64,000 nt of DNA from assembly GCA_049438185.1 (NCBI GenBank), contig JBMTJI010000003.1, forward strand, positions 64,544 to 128,543, read 5' to 3'. This DNA is from Candidatus Poseidoniaceae archaeon (lineage in GTDB: Archaea > Thermoplasmatota > Poseidoniia > Poseidoniales > Poseidoniaceae). Below are positions 9,625 to 18,633 of the stretch, piece by piece. The first letter of the stretch is position 1, and each line of letters begins with the position of its first letter. The position numbers were made by a program, and so were the translations under genes. The notes under the pieces were generated by a model. It was given only the letters and a program-made list of their open reading frames with translations. It searched no databases and was not told the origin of the DNA.

Positions 9625-10296
9625 TCACGATGGCCAATGAACAATCTCCCAATTGTTCGTTTGAGCAAATTGTTCCAATGACGATTCGGGATTCACAGCT
9701 ATCGCATGACCACAGATGCGCATGAACCAGGAATCTGCAAGCGTATTGCCATAGCCATAACACTTCGAGAGATCGTGGCCATGTTTTTCAGCGTCCTGTT
9801 CCACAATTGGCACTTTCCCTTTTCGCCTTGGTACAGACCATCCACGTTCGGAACCGGAGAGCCACCCAGTACGAGTTGCTGGCCCACAGCCATAGACTTC
9901 ATCCATCCCAAGAACCCGAGCCATCGCCTCCGCCATAGGTGCAACGGTTGCCGTGACGAGAACAAGTCGATGCCCTTGGTTTCGATGCCATTCGAGTCGC
10001 TCCCAAGCCCCTTGAGAAATCTTCGATTTGAGGTGCATAGTAGCGATTTCTTCTGAGTACTGTTCAAGGAGTCGCCATGAAGCGAGCGAAAGGTGGCCTC
10101 GGTTTCGTAAAGCATCGTATGGTGCTTTACCTGTAAGGAGGCCGAAGGTGGTGCCAAGCGTCCACGCAACGGTTGCATGTGGTATTCGCCATGGTCGTCG
10201 CTTTGCAAGAAAACCAGTCAACGTCTTTTCGCTCGATGCGTTGAGCAACGTACCATCGAGGTCAAAGTATGCTGCGACCTCTCTTCCCTCGCCCAT
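9625..10296 (-). CDS. HAD-superfamily hydrolase (HAD-IB/phosphoserine-phosphatase-like)
   Basis: HAD motif I YFDLDGTL sits at the N-terminus. Downstream are a conserved (S/T) block (LVLVTAT) and a C-terminal GYGNTLADSW (motif IV-like). Confidence 0.75.
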   Translation of the reverse strand: MGEGREVAAYFDLDGTLLNASSEKTLTGFLAKRRPWRIPHATVAWTLGTTFGLLTGKAPYDALRNRGHLSLASWRLLEQYSEEIATMHLKSKISQGAWERLEWHRNQGHRLVLVTATVAPMAEAMARVLGMDEVYGCGPATRTGWLSGSERGWSVPRRKGKVPIVEQDAEKHGHDLSKCYGYGNTLADSWFMRICGHAIAVNPESSLEQFAQTNNWEIVHWPS

Positions 10297-10380
10297 GTTT
10301 CATGCACTTGAAATCGATTCATGAGGTCGTCGGTTCAATTTCACCGAATGTTGAAATCAAGCGATGTTGAGGCTTTGGTC

Positions 10381-12474
10381 ATGCAGCGAATGATGGCGTT
10401 GATTCTCGTCGCCACGCTAATCGCTTCGTTTTCCGGATGTTTGGGTGAAAATGAGACCCATTCAGATACAGGAACCTACACGCTTGAGGCAACATGGACA
10501 GAACTTCCCATGGAAGTAAAATCGGAATACTACCCCGATGATGAAGAAGTCTCATGGGCATTATCATCCGATCTCGTTCAGCAAGAAATTCAGGATGCGG
10601 GAGGGATTATTGTCGGCATCTCAATGATGCTCGATTACCCGAATGAAGACGAATCGCCAAATGTTGGTTTGTGCACAGGTCTTGAAGAGAATGTCCAAGA
10701 TATCATTTATGGAACCGTAAGCAAGAACGACTGGGCATTGACACAAAACGATGTCAATCCGGGATCCCATACTGTCAATTTGACTTGGCACAATCAATCT
10801 CTGCTTGATGCAGAAAATGTTACTGGGATGTCGAAAGACGATATTATGAGCCAGATTGATTTTGGAGAAGATGCGTACGGTGTCTACGACTTCAGCATCC
10901 TCGTCGATGCTGATGCATACGATGGAGGCCTTTGCACACATACGGATAATGGAGAAGAGGTGGCAAGCTCAGTTTCTCTCCTTGTCATTGATTTGGCAAT
11001 TCTTGGAGAAGATGAGGCAACTGCATTATCCGTTGGCGAGGGTGCAATCTCGCTTGTTCTGTTTTCTCCTTGGTTTATTGGCGTGTTCCTCTTGGTTGGA
11101 TACCTTGTCAGCAAAAAAGATCGATATCACTTGGGCGTTATTCTCGAAGAGGACTCTGATCTCAACGTAGAAACATCATCGTCTGAAGAGGGTAAAACCT
11201 TGGTTGAGAGTTACCGTGCGAGAGTGTTGACACTTTGTGCTCTATACGTGGCTCAAGGAATTCCTTGGGGTTTCATCACGGTGACATTCGTCACATACCT
11301 TGCTGTTGAAGGCGTTGCAGCAGGACAGTTAGCGTTTCTCCTTACATTAGGTACGCTACCATGGTCGGTGAAGTTCCTTTGGGGACCTATCATTGATCGT
11401 TACCAATTCCCTGAGATGGGTAAGCGAAGGCCTTGGATTCTCATTGCACAAAGTGGGATGATTATCGTTCTCAGTTCAATGCTGTTGATTCCAAACATGT
11501 CATCCAATGTCACAGTTGTAGGCATGATGTTCCTTGTTTACAATGTCTTTACCGCTTTGCAAGATGTGAGTACGGATGCACTTGCGGTGGATGTATTAGA
11601 GCCTCATGAATTTGAAAAAGTCAACAGTTACATGTTCACATCAAAAGCAGTTGGCGGGATTATTGGGGGAGCAGGTCTTGGAACCATTATCGGATTTGTT
11701 GGTATCAAGGGCGCAATTGTACTGCAAATTCCTATTCTCGTCGTCATTATGCTCGTTCCATTGTTCATGACCGAACGACCGGGAGAGAAACTCTATCCAT
11801 GGAGTGAATCGACAAAAACAGAGGGCAGCAAAGAGGTTGCTGAGCAAAAGAATTTCAAAGAAATTTTTGCGAACATCAAAATCGCATTCTCGTTCCGATC
11901 AGCACAACTTGGTATTCTTCTTAGCCTCATCATTTCTCTGTCGTACTTTTTGATACCAATCTTGCCACTCTTGTTTGTACGTGAATTGGGTTGGACTGAA
12001 GAACAATTTAACGCAACGAAGGGTGGAATCATTCTCATTGTCACCATGCTTGGTTATGTGGTCGGAGGACAATTGGGCAAACAATTCGGAGGAAAGGCCA
12101 TCATCATCTATGCAGCTTTCACGACGGCACTCATCACAACATTTTGGGGCATGAACGAAACTTTGTGGAGCAATGGATTGTTCATGATGACGGTTTGGAG
12201 TCTTCAGACCTTTGTTTGGGCGATGGTTTCCATCAACATTTACTCGCTCATGATGCGAATTACTTGGACAGAAGTCGGTGGGACTCAGTTTACAGGCTAC
12301 ATGGCCATGATGAATCTTTCAGCAATTATTGGCTACCAATTAACAGCGCCTCTAGCAGCGAGATTTGATTATTCAACACTGTTCTACATCGCTGCCTTGT
12401 TGGAAACGGTCGTCATTCTGGGCGCAATGTTCATCGATCCAGAAGAAACGAGAAGAGAAATGGCAAAACCGTAG
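10381..12474 (+). CDS. MFS transporter (AmpG/PAT-like) fused to an N-terminal lipoprotein-type signal and about 250-aa extracytoplasmic domain
   Basis: The ATG start gives MQRMMALILVATLIASFSGC (lipobox-like FSGC). A soluble acidic domain is followed by about 12 TM helices. The MFS signature region is GQLAFLLTLGTLPWSVKFLWGPIIDRYQFPEMGKRRPWIL. The ORF-track start 10321 is a non-ATG codon. TTGAAATC elements lie about 27 nt upstream of 10381. Confidence 0.7.
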   Translation: MQRMMALILVATLIASFSGCLGENETHSDTGTYTLEATWTELPMEVKSEYYPDDEEVSWALSSDLVQQEIQDAGGIIVGISMMLDYPNEDESPNVGLCTGLEENVQDIIYGTVSKNDWALTQNDVNPGSHTVNLTWHNQSLLDAENVTGMSKDDIMSQIDFGEDAYGVYDFSILVDADAYDGGLCTHTDNGEEVASSVSLLVIDLAILGEDEATALSVGEGAISLVLFSPWFIGVFLLVGYLVSKKDRYHLGVILEEDSDLNVETSSSEEGKTLVESYRARVLTLCALYVAQGIPWGFITVTFVTYLAVEGVAAGQLAFLLTLGTLPWSVKFLWGPIIDRYQFPEMGKRRPWILIAQSGMIIVLSSMLLIPNMSSNVTVVGMMFLVYNVFTALQDVSTDALAVDVLEPHEFEKVNSYMFTSKAVGGIIGGAGLGTIIGFVGIKGAIVLQIPILVVIMLVPLFMTERPGEKLYPWSESTKTEGSKEVAEQKNFKEIFANIKIAFSFRSAQLGILLSLIISLSYFLIPILPLLFVRELGWTEEQFNATKGGIILIVTMLGYVVGGQLGKQFGGKAIIIYAAFTTALITTFWGMNETLWSNGLFMMTVWSLQTFVWAMVSINIYSLMMRITWTEVGGTQFTGYMAMMNLSAIIGYQLTAPLAARFDYSTLFYIAALLETVVILGAMFIDPEETRREMAKP

Positions 12475-12515
12475 CCAACGAGAAGAAAATGAAGCAATCA
12501 CTCCTGAATGAATGC

Positions 12516-13295
12516 TCAAACTTCGATGACATCTTCACAACTTGGGCATCGAACCTTTCCGGAGAATCCTTCTGGAACTCGAAGCGATTGGTTGCACTTA
12601 GTGCAACTAAGTTTCTTTTTTCCTGAATCGTTCGATGGGGTCGAAACGTTGTCAACGATTCGTTGGATGCCCTCAGGCCACCCATCTTTGAGTTCGGACG
12701 GAGCCACTAAGAGTGGCATAGCGGTAAGAATCATACAAAATGCTGAGCAGAAAAATGTGTATGCTGGTGCAGTGAAACCATCCAAACCAATTGACAGTGG
12801 ACTCCACTCGTCATTGAACACGAACGATAACATCCCTGAAAAGACCAATGTACCCAAGACCAAGTACACACCATTTCGATATCCGGCGATGACCATCATG
12901 CCACCGAAGACGTAAAGTGAACCAATGAGGAAAGCAAGGATGGATTCAATGATATACTCGTTCATGAAGTCGTCCCAAAACATTCCCAAAAAGAAAACAA
13001 CACCAATGCGAAAAATCCCGTAGATCATGATGAAGGTTCCCATCGTCGAGGCGAGACCTGAGTTGCTGTCGTTTCCAATGACGACGAATTGGGTGGCTTG
13101 CTGTGGGGAGACTGCAATTGCCCCACCTGGTACAACCTGCGGAATTGCAGTGGCTCTAGGAGCCACGCCACCGCCCAAAACCTCGTCGTATTCCATGAGG
13201 CGGATGACGACCTCATCCTTTCGACCACCAACTCTTAACCCGCGTTCTTTGCACAGTTTTTTCAAATCTAACAGTGTCATTGAGTCGTAGTCCAT
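12516..13295 (-). CDS. SAP-domain membrane protein with C-terminal zinc ribbon
   Basis: The ORF was trimmed to ATG (MDYDSMTLLDLKKLCKERGLRVGGRKDEVVIRLMEY, a textbook SAP/Rho-N-like helix-extension-helix). About 4 TM helices follow. The C-terminal zinc ribbon is CTKCNQSLRVPEGFSGKVRCPSCEDV. Confidence 0.6.
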   Translation of the reverse strand: MDYDSMTLLDLKKLCKERGLRVGGRKDEVVIRLMEYDEVLGGGVAPRATAIPQVVPGGAIAVSPQQATQFVVIGNDSNSGLASTMGTFIMIYGIFRIGVVFFLGMFWDDFMNEYIIESILAFLIGSLYVFGGMMVIAGYRNGVYLVLGTLVFSGMLSFVFNDEWSPLSIGLDGFTAPAYTFFCSAFCMILTAMPLLVAPSELKDGWPEGIQRIVDNVSTPSNDSGKKKLSCTKCNQSLRVPEGFSGKVRCPSCEDVIEV

Positions 13296-13350
13296 GAACA
13301 AGACTACAGCAATATTAGATTTAAAGAACGAACCTGCATTAAAGGGTAGT

Positions 13351-13629
13351 TCAGTCCATTTCTTCGGATTCAAGACAACCATACACGCGCCTACCGGCAC
13401 GGTGATCTTGCCACCACGTTAATCGATCTGCAAGATGACGAGGAATGAAGAAGCCAATCTTGCGAGGTGTGAGGCCATGATTTCTCATAGTCCGGTCGTG
13501 GGCTAGATTTGCAACAATAGATTGGGCAGAACATCCGGGGTTTGCAGTAACAAATCGCATAATTTCTTCTTTCAGTCGTTCAAAACGTGCTTTCTTTTGG
13601 GATCCTTTACCCAGTCTTCTTGGGGACAT
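13351..13629 (-). CDS. small basic protein (92 aa), possible DNA-binding
   Basis: The start is ATG. The protein is basic. The segment QSIVANLAHDRTMRNHGLTPRKIGFFIPRHLADRL is HTH-like. Support is weak. Confidence 0.4.
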   Translation of the reverse strand: MSPRRLGKGSQKKARFERLKEEIMRFVTANPGCSAQSIVANLAHDRTMRNHGLTPRKIGFFIPRHLADRLTWWQDHRAGRRVYGCLESEEMD

Positions 13630-13677
13630 AAACGCATTTCTTAGCGTTTACAGTTATGAAACAAATGGGGGATTTCC

Positions 13678-14064
13678 CTATTCCATTTTGACCGGTTGAA
13701 CGGTCTTCCAATTGGCGGTGGCGAGTTTCTTGGCCTTTCCATCAGCAATTATCGGTGCAATTTTGTTGAGGCGCCCATGCATACCATGAACTTGGAATTT
13801 GACACGAAGTTCTGCTGTTCGTGATGCTTCAAGTGCTTGCATTTGTTCATCATCCAAATCAATACTTGCAAGGGCTTCCCCAGAGGTAATCGATGAGATT
13901 GTGAACGTTTTATCCTTGCATGAGAGTGATGGTCTGAAGTCCATATCATCCGGATGATTCATCCAAACGGAGAGATCAAGCGAAAGCGTGTCTCGGATAT
14001 TGACTCGACTGATTTCGACTGATTCAACCATGCCACTCAGCCCTTCCACACATCGGCCATTCAA
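13678..14064 (-). CDS. hypothetical protein (about 117-128 aa)
   Basis: The ORF starts with a non-ATG codon at 14064. The first ATG gives MVESVEISRV at 14031. No domain was recognised. Confidence 0.4.
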   Translation of the reverse strand: MNGRCVEGLSGMVESVEISRVNIRDTLSLDLSVWMNHPDDMDFRPSLSCKDKTFTISSITSGEALASIDLDDEQMQALEASRTAELRVKFQVHGMHGRLNKIAPIIADGKAKKLATANWKTVQPVKME

Positions 14065-14081
14065 ACCCTTTTCGTCCTATC

Positions 14082-15257
14082 CTACTCGAATGCAATTTCA
14101 GTAATCACTGGTTCATGAATGACAATTCGCAGTGTTAACGTCCAATCGTTCCCCGGATCGGGGTCTGGGAGAAGGTCAATCGTTGAGTCGGGATTGGTTT
14201 GAATTGCTCGAACAAACAACGCCCATTCACCTTGCCCAAAACTCTGCCCTGGCCGGTCAAGAATCATACGAAGAACCATTTCTTCTGAGTCGGCTTCGAT
14301 GACTTCATCGAGTCCACGAGAATTCAAATCATTCGCTGTAATGGTCGCTTTCGCATTTTCAGAGCGAGTGATGTTTCCTCCCTCTGTCTCAGCTTCTTCT
14401 TTGAAGCCGTCTTCTGGAATCGAAATCATGAGGGAAAAATTGTCGTACGGTTGGAGGATATCGTCTTCGAGTTCAAGGATGGCTTCAAAGGAAAGGATTC
14501 TTCCTTGCTGGCCTGGTAGGATTTCTTCTGTCCATTCTTCACCTTCATCCAGGTATTCAGACCAAGACTGTTCAATGACCTTTTCTTTCCATTCGATATT
14601 GAATTGTCGTGCTGAAACATTGATTTCAAAAATCTCGGTAACAACACCTCCTTGTCCATCATCAATGGTCAATGAACCAACGTACACGCCACTCGAATTT
14701 GTGGCAAGAAGAGTTTGGGAATCGGTAGAATCAACATCGTTTCGTCCATCGCCATCGCCATCTGAATCAACGCCCCAATCCAAATCCCACAGATAGGACA
14801 GTTCTGCTGATTCAGGATCGGTTGAACCCGAAGCATCGAGAAGAACCGCATCACCTGCGCGTGGATTCTCAGGGAATACGAGGTCAATGGTCGGTACACC
14901 GTTTACGATGATAACTGTGATGGCTTCATCGATCCCACCTTGGTCGTTTTCAACCTCGAGCGAGACAGTGTATGCGCCAAAGACATCGTATGTGTGTGAT
15001 GTAAAACCAGTTACCGTTTCCGTCGTTTTACCATCTCCAAAGTCCCAGCGGTAGGCGGTGATGATGCCTTCAATCGCATCGGAATCACGAGCGTCAAATG
15101 TCACCATTTCTCCTTCTTGAATAAGGAGAGGATATGCCTCAAGGGTGGCTCGGGGCTTAGTTGCTGAATCAAGTGCACCTAAGCAGCCTGCGAGTGAAAA
15201 AGAGAGCATCATTGCAATGAGAAACAAACCACGAAATGGTGTTGAATTCCCTTGCAT
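14082..15257 (-). CDS. secreted lipoprotein with two PKD domains
   Basis: There is a signal peptide with a lipobox (MLSFSLAGC). The PKD signatures are YRWDFGDGKT and YLWDLDWG, with a WDFGDG core. The C-terminal half is acidic. Confidence 0.75.
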   Translation of the reverse strand: MQGNSTPFRGLFLIAMMLSFSLAGCLGALDSATKPRATLEAYPLLIQEGEMVTFDARDSDAIEGIITAYRWDFGDGKTTETVTGFTSHTYDVFGAYTVSLEVENDQGGIDEAITVIIVNGVPTIDLVFPENPRAGDAVLLDASGSTDPESAELSYLWDLDWGVDSDGDGDGRNDVDSTDSQTLLATNSSGVYVGSLTIDDGQGGVVTEIFEINVSARQFNIEWKEKVIEQSWSEYLDEGEEWTEEILPGQQGRILSFEAILELEDDILQPYDNFSLMISIPEDGFKEEAETEGGNITRSENAKATITANDLNSRGLDEVIEADSEEMVLRMILDRPGQSFGQGEWALFVRAIQTNPDSTIDLLPDPDPGNDWTLTLRIVIHEPVITEIAFE

Positions 15258-15332
15258 ACTTCTTCCTCAATCCCGTCCTATATCTAACCATGTTGTTCTT
15301 CTGCACATATTTTGATGGATTCAAAGAACAAT

Positions 15333-15707
15333 TTATTCCTCCGCCTCAAACGAAACCTCATCCGGAACATCACCAACAACGATTGCTGATTCGAGGTGGT
15401 TTCCGATGTCTTCAACCGATGCATGCTCGACCGTATTTTTTTCGCTGAAACTCTCCATTTCAAAGTCGGCAAGAACATCGTCAACAGTGGCATCGTGTTC
15501 ATCGTAATCTGGAGCAGGTAGAACTGTCGATTCCTCGGGTTTGTCCTCCTTACCTTCAAGGATGGATTCAATCGATGAAACATCTTCCTCGATGTCATGT
15601 TGATACTGTTCCTTGAGTGTGGATTGCATCCTTTCCTCAACTCGTTCACGTTCTTCAACTTCAGGGCGCTCATCCTGCTTGGAAAAAAAACGTCGAAGAA
15701 AACCCAT
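15333..15707 (-). CDS. hypothetical highly acidic protein
   Basis: The ORF 15333..15887 was trimmed to ATG 15707 (MGFLRRFFSKQDERPE...). This avoids overlapping the divergent exonuclease gene. The protein has a pI well below 5 and no recognised domain. Confidence 0.4.
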   Translation of the reverse strand: MGFLRRFFSKQDERPEVEERERVEERMQSTLKEQYQHDIEEDVSSIESILEGKEDKPEESTVLPAPDYDEHDATVDDVLADFEMESFSEKNTVEHASVEDIGNHLESAIVVGDVPDEVSFEAEE

Positions 15708-15804
15708 AACCAAAGGGATAGTGAACTGTTCTTTAAGCCCAATGCCGAATTGTTGCAGAACAACATGGTTCAAGCGATAGTTCTTCAACAGCGCTCGATT
15801 CGTT

Positions 15805-16626
15805 ATGGATATGGAACTGCTTGAAGGCGAACGTGTTCTCGCTTTCGATTTAGAAACTACCGGGGTGAGCACGTCCCGAGATCGCATCGTCCAGTTAGCG
15901 TTGATTGGTTCTGATGAAGATGGGACTGAGATTTCCTACGACCAACTCGTGAATCCACGACGTCCAATTCCTTACGATTCTCAGCGAATCCATGGCATTT
16001 CTGATGCAGATGTGCGAGGGCAGCCCGATTTTGCTGAGATCGCAGACCGTGTTGCAGAACTGATTGAAGGTTGTGTGCTCATCGGCCACAATGTGAGGCA
16101 ATTCGATCTTCCAATGCTACGGAACGAATTCCTTCGAATTGGAGCATTACCTCCTGAACCAAAAGCTGTTCTCGATACGTTGGAAATGGTTCGTCGATTG
16201 AAATTACCTCGACCACATCGACTTGGATCGCAATGTAGCCGTCATGGCATCTCACTTGAAAATGCACACACTGCTTCGGCAGATGCTGCTGCATCGTTGC
16301 TGTTGCTTTGGAAACTTGGGCTTGACCACCCGAGTTACTTCCGCAAGTCCCTTGAAGAAGTGGAACAGTGGTGTGCGACTGGTTCGACTGCAAAAGTACA
16401 ATCCGATCTTGGCCCACAACTCGATGACTTGGAACTTGTCGATCCTAACGGGATGGTTCGACGAGACGGGGCGCATATGGTTCTCGCTGTCGGACGACAC
16501 CGTGGACGGCATATTGAAGAGTTGAATGATCTCGATCCTCGTTACCTCCAGTGGTTGTTGTCACCAAATGGCATCGAAGATGCAAATGCTGTTGAAGAAA
16601 TCAGGGCGTACCTGAATCAGGAATAG
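15805..16626 (+). CDS. DEDDh 3'-5' exonuclease (DnaQ/PolIII-epsilon-like) with about 100-aa C-terminal extension
   Basis: Exo I is FDLETTG. Exo II is HNVRQFDLPML. Exo III is HTASADAAA (H-x4-D). The start is ATG. Confidence 0.8.
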   Translation: MDMELLEGERVLAFDLETTGVSTSRDRIVQLALIGSDEDGTEISYDQLVNPRRPIPYDSQRIHGISDADVRGQPDFAEIADRVAELIEGCVLIGHNVRQFDLPMLRNEFLRIGALPPEPKAVLDTLEMVRRLKLPRPHRLGSQCSRHGISLENAHTASADAAASLLLLWKLGLDHPSYFRKSLEEVEQWCATGSTAKVQSDLGPQLDDLELVDPNGMVRRDGAHMVLAVGRHRGRHIEELNDLDPRYLQWLLSPNGIEDANAVEEIRAYLNQE

Positions 16627-17755
16627 GTGACCAGGGCAGTACATCGCACCATGGTCCAACACGCCAAACATCTCGATTCATCATTGCGCTTCCAAGGAAG
16701 ATAGGGCCTTGATGCCCATCATCAAGAAGGGTTTCAAGTGATTCTTTTCCGCGTCCATCAAATCGAACCGTTCGCATTTCTCCTGTTGGTTCAACATCGC
16801 CAGAATCGTTTCTTGGAATGCACTCTTCGACGGTTGCTGTCGAGCGACCTTCATCGTACTGGTGAAGGATGACGACGCCGTCCGCAAAATCGCCCTTGTG
16901 CAAGGACTTGTTTTCATGTCGCCACGTCCACCAATGAGGGCACCATGCCTTCCAATCGCAAAATCCTCCGCAGGAAGATTGGCCTGGGGTAGGGTCAAGT
17001 GGCGTTTCAGACGGTTGTGTTGCTTCCCATGCTTCGTAGGCTGCTTCGAGAACGTTTTCACCAACCGCATCCCATTTCGATGATGTATCGGTGTACCAGC
17101 CTTGAGCTTGAACAGGTGGCGCTTTTTGATTGTTTGAAAGCAGAATATCTCGATACATTCGCAGTTGTCGATTGACTTCGGGTTTGAGTTTGCCTTGCGG
17201 TGGCTTACCAGTTTTCAAATCAGCAACCAACCAACCAGTGAGGTTTCCTGCATCGTCAACGTTTGCCAACAAAAGATCCAATCGCCCCATTAAGTGACCA
17301 TCGTTCGTCACCAATTCTCCTTCCACGGCAATAACGAGGGATTGAATCTTTTTCCAAAGAGCGATTGTCACCCGTTCGTGAGCCAATCCTTGCACACCGA
17401 CATGATCCAGAAGCATATTGATGGCTCCTTTTTGTTGCTTTTGTGCTTCACTGTACTTCTCTTCCTTCCAATTTGGATGGCGAGGCGTTTCGTGGAACAA
17501 TTGTTTTTCCTCCTCCCATCGTTTTCGCAATAAATCGTTACCTTCGTTGATGAGCCAATTGGATTCTGAAGGTTCGCGTCCAGAGAGGTCGATTTGTAGT
17601 AAATCTTCAATCGAGGCGTGAACGGCCGTCCCTAAGGATGCTGCCATTCCAGTTTTCTTCGGCAGACCTTGTCGACTTAGCCAATACATGCGTGGGCATG
17701 TTTCGTATCGATTCCACGCCGAGGGTGAAAGACTGTGCTTTCGTTCTTCGACCAT
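16601..17755 (-). CDS. Cas4/RecB-family PD-(D/E)XK nuclease with 4Fe-4S cysteine cluster (standalone, no cas neighbours)
   Basis: The N-terminal Cys lies in SPSAWNRYETCPRMYWL. The RecB motifs are GRLDLL (II), ADLKTGK (III) and RQLRMYRDILL (QxxxY). Three C-terminal Cys lie in CGGFCDWKAWCPHWW. An extra C-terminal domain of about 110 aa follows. The ORF was trimmed to ATG 17755. Its 3' end overlaps the exonuclease gene by 26 nt. Confidence 0.8.
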   Translation of the reverse strand: MVEERKHSLSPSAWNRYETCPRMYWLSRQGLPKKTGMAASLGTAVHASIEDLLQIDLSGREPSESNWLINEGNDLLRKRWEEEKQLFHETPRHPNWKEEKYSEAQKQQKGAINMLLDHVGVQGLAHERVTIALWKKIQSLVIAVEGELVTNDGHLMGRLDLLLANVDDAGNLTGWLVADLKTGKPPQGKLKPEVNRQLRMYRDILLSNNQKAPPVQAQGWYTDTSSKWDAVGENVLEAAYEAWEATQPSETPLDPTPGQSSCGGFCDWKAWCPHWWTWRHENKSLHKGDFADGVVILHQYDEGRSTATVEECIPRNDSGDVEPTGEMRTVRFDGRGKESLETLLDDGHQGPIFLGSAMMNRDVWRVGPWCDVLPWSPIPDSGTP

Positions 17756-17835
17756 GTACAACCGCTGTCATCGAAGGACATGAAACCTACCCTTGGAGGC
17801 GAAAGTGTTGAATGCCTCCTCGGTAAGTTCGTAGT

Positions 17836-18633
17836 ATGGAAGGAACCCTCGTCAAGATTCGAGCAGATGTTGTCACCGAAGGAGCGCTCGTCATTACCTG
17901 TTTTCCAAGTGTAGGAATGGTATCAAGCGTTGTTGGTCATTACTTGATCGATAATTTAGAACTTGAATTCGTCGGTGGCGTCGTCGATCCCCGACTTCCG
18001 CCTCTCACGCTTGTTACGGATGGTAAGCCGATGCCCATTATTCGAGCCTATGCAGGAAAGCCTGAGTGCAGTATTGATGGATGCGACAAAATCATCTTGC
18101 TCATGAGCGAACTCGTGATCCCAAGCCCACTTGTTCACGACATTGTATGGGCATTGTATGATTGGTCGAAGGGGTCGAAAATACGCATGGGTATTTTGAT
18201 TGATGCGTTTTCAAAAGAAGGCCTTGGTGGCAATTCAGGTATTGAGGAACCGACCGTAGACTATGAGGATACTGAAGGTATTGATTTGCTTGGGATTGGC
18301 GCAACAGACCACGTATGTGACATGCTGAAAGAAATGGATGTGCCTCTCTTGACAGGTGGTGTTATTCGCGGTATCAATGGCGTATTGCTGAGTGAGGCTC
18401 GAAGAAGAGCCATTGATGTCATGAGTGTCATGGTGGAAGCAGATCCTCGCTTCCCAGATGCTCGTGCAGCTGCTGCACTTGTCAAGAAGCTCAATGCGAT
18501 TCTACCAACAACGCCTTTGGATGATGAGCCATTGCTCGAAGAAGCTCAACTGTTGGAAGAGCAACTCAAGTCCCTTCTTAGTCAGGCGGGACCTTCAGAG
18601 GCTCCATCTCCGTCATCCATGCTTTATGGCTGA
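17836..18633 (+). CDS. proteasome assembly chaperone family protein (PAC2/DUF75-like), paralog 2
   Basis: The protein is 265 aa with an ATG start. It shares motifs with the 1303..2052 product (VVGHYLID, GVLLSEARRR, PDARAAAALV). Confidence 0.65.
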   Translation: MEGTLVKIRADVVTEGALVITCFPSVGMVSSVVGHYLIDNLELEFVGGVVDPRLPPLTLVTDGKPMPIIRAYAGKPECSIDGCDKIILLMSELVIPSPLVHDIVWALYDWSKGSKIRMGILIDAFSKEGLGGNSGIEEPTVDYEDTEGIDLLGIGATDHVCDMLKEMDVPLLTGGVIRGINGVLLSEARRRAIDVMSVMVEADPRFPDARAAAALVKKLNAILPTTPLDDEPLLEEAQLLEEQLKSLLSQAGPSEAPSPSSMLYG

